A DNA stretch of 52,949 bases, from NCBI GenBank assembly GCA_039740895.1, contig JBCLGS010000003.1:1-52949 (forward strand), given 5' to 3'. Each line of letters opens with the position of its first letter. The stretch's first letter is position 1. Both the position numbers and the translations under genes were made by a program. The DNA is from Parcubacteria group bacterium (GTDB taxonomy: Bacteria; Patescibacteriota; Minisyncoccia; Phycocordibacterales; DATDWN01). Below the pieces are notes generated by a model. It ran no database searches and was not told the DNA's origin. It saw nothing but the letters and a program-made list of their open reading frames with translations. Shown piece by piece: positions 52,930-52,949 of the stretch.

Positions 52930-52949
52930 GAATTTTCTGGTGGAAAACA

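Overview
AT-rich bacterial chromosome segment (hand counts give about one third G+C in native genes). It is densely packed with housekeeping genes: ftsH, smpB plus a tmRNA, infC-rpmI-rplT, ndk, pnp, rsmE, clpP, rny, hup, cca, xth, rpsO, tig, nusA, a PilB/GspE ATPase, tpiA-pgk, a ComM/YifB ATPase, pcrA/uvrD and rsmA. It also holds 5 complete tRNAs, 1 truncated tRNA, and four type II toxin-antitoxin loci, one of them decayed. Gene content and compactness fit a streamlined, Patescibacteria/CPR-like genome; this is inference, as no rRNA is present to confirm it. Three things stand out. (1) Six small GC-rich single-gene islets (about 45-65% G+C) sit in intergenic gaps, each with its own terminator hairpin and most with a recognisable promoter. 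Four of their ORFs share a conserved 5' leader (TAAATCCTGAC, stem-loop, GCAGGT, SD) although the proteins appear unrelated. (2) Most larger intergenic gaps inspected contain 100-220 nt imperfect palindromes. These fall into several families, many abut stop codons, and copies differ by compensatory substitutions. (3) Members of these palindrome families and 30-47 nt GC-rich mini-palindromes are inserted in frame inside housekeeping genes (rsmA, pgk twice, yraN, uvrD/pcrA). This recalls Rickettsia palindromic elements. No CRISPR array, rRNA, transposase or integrase gene was found.
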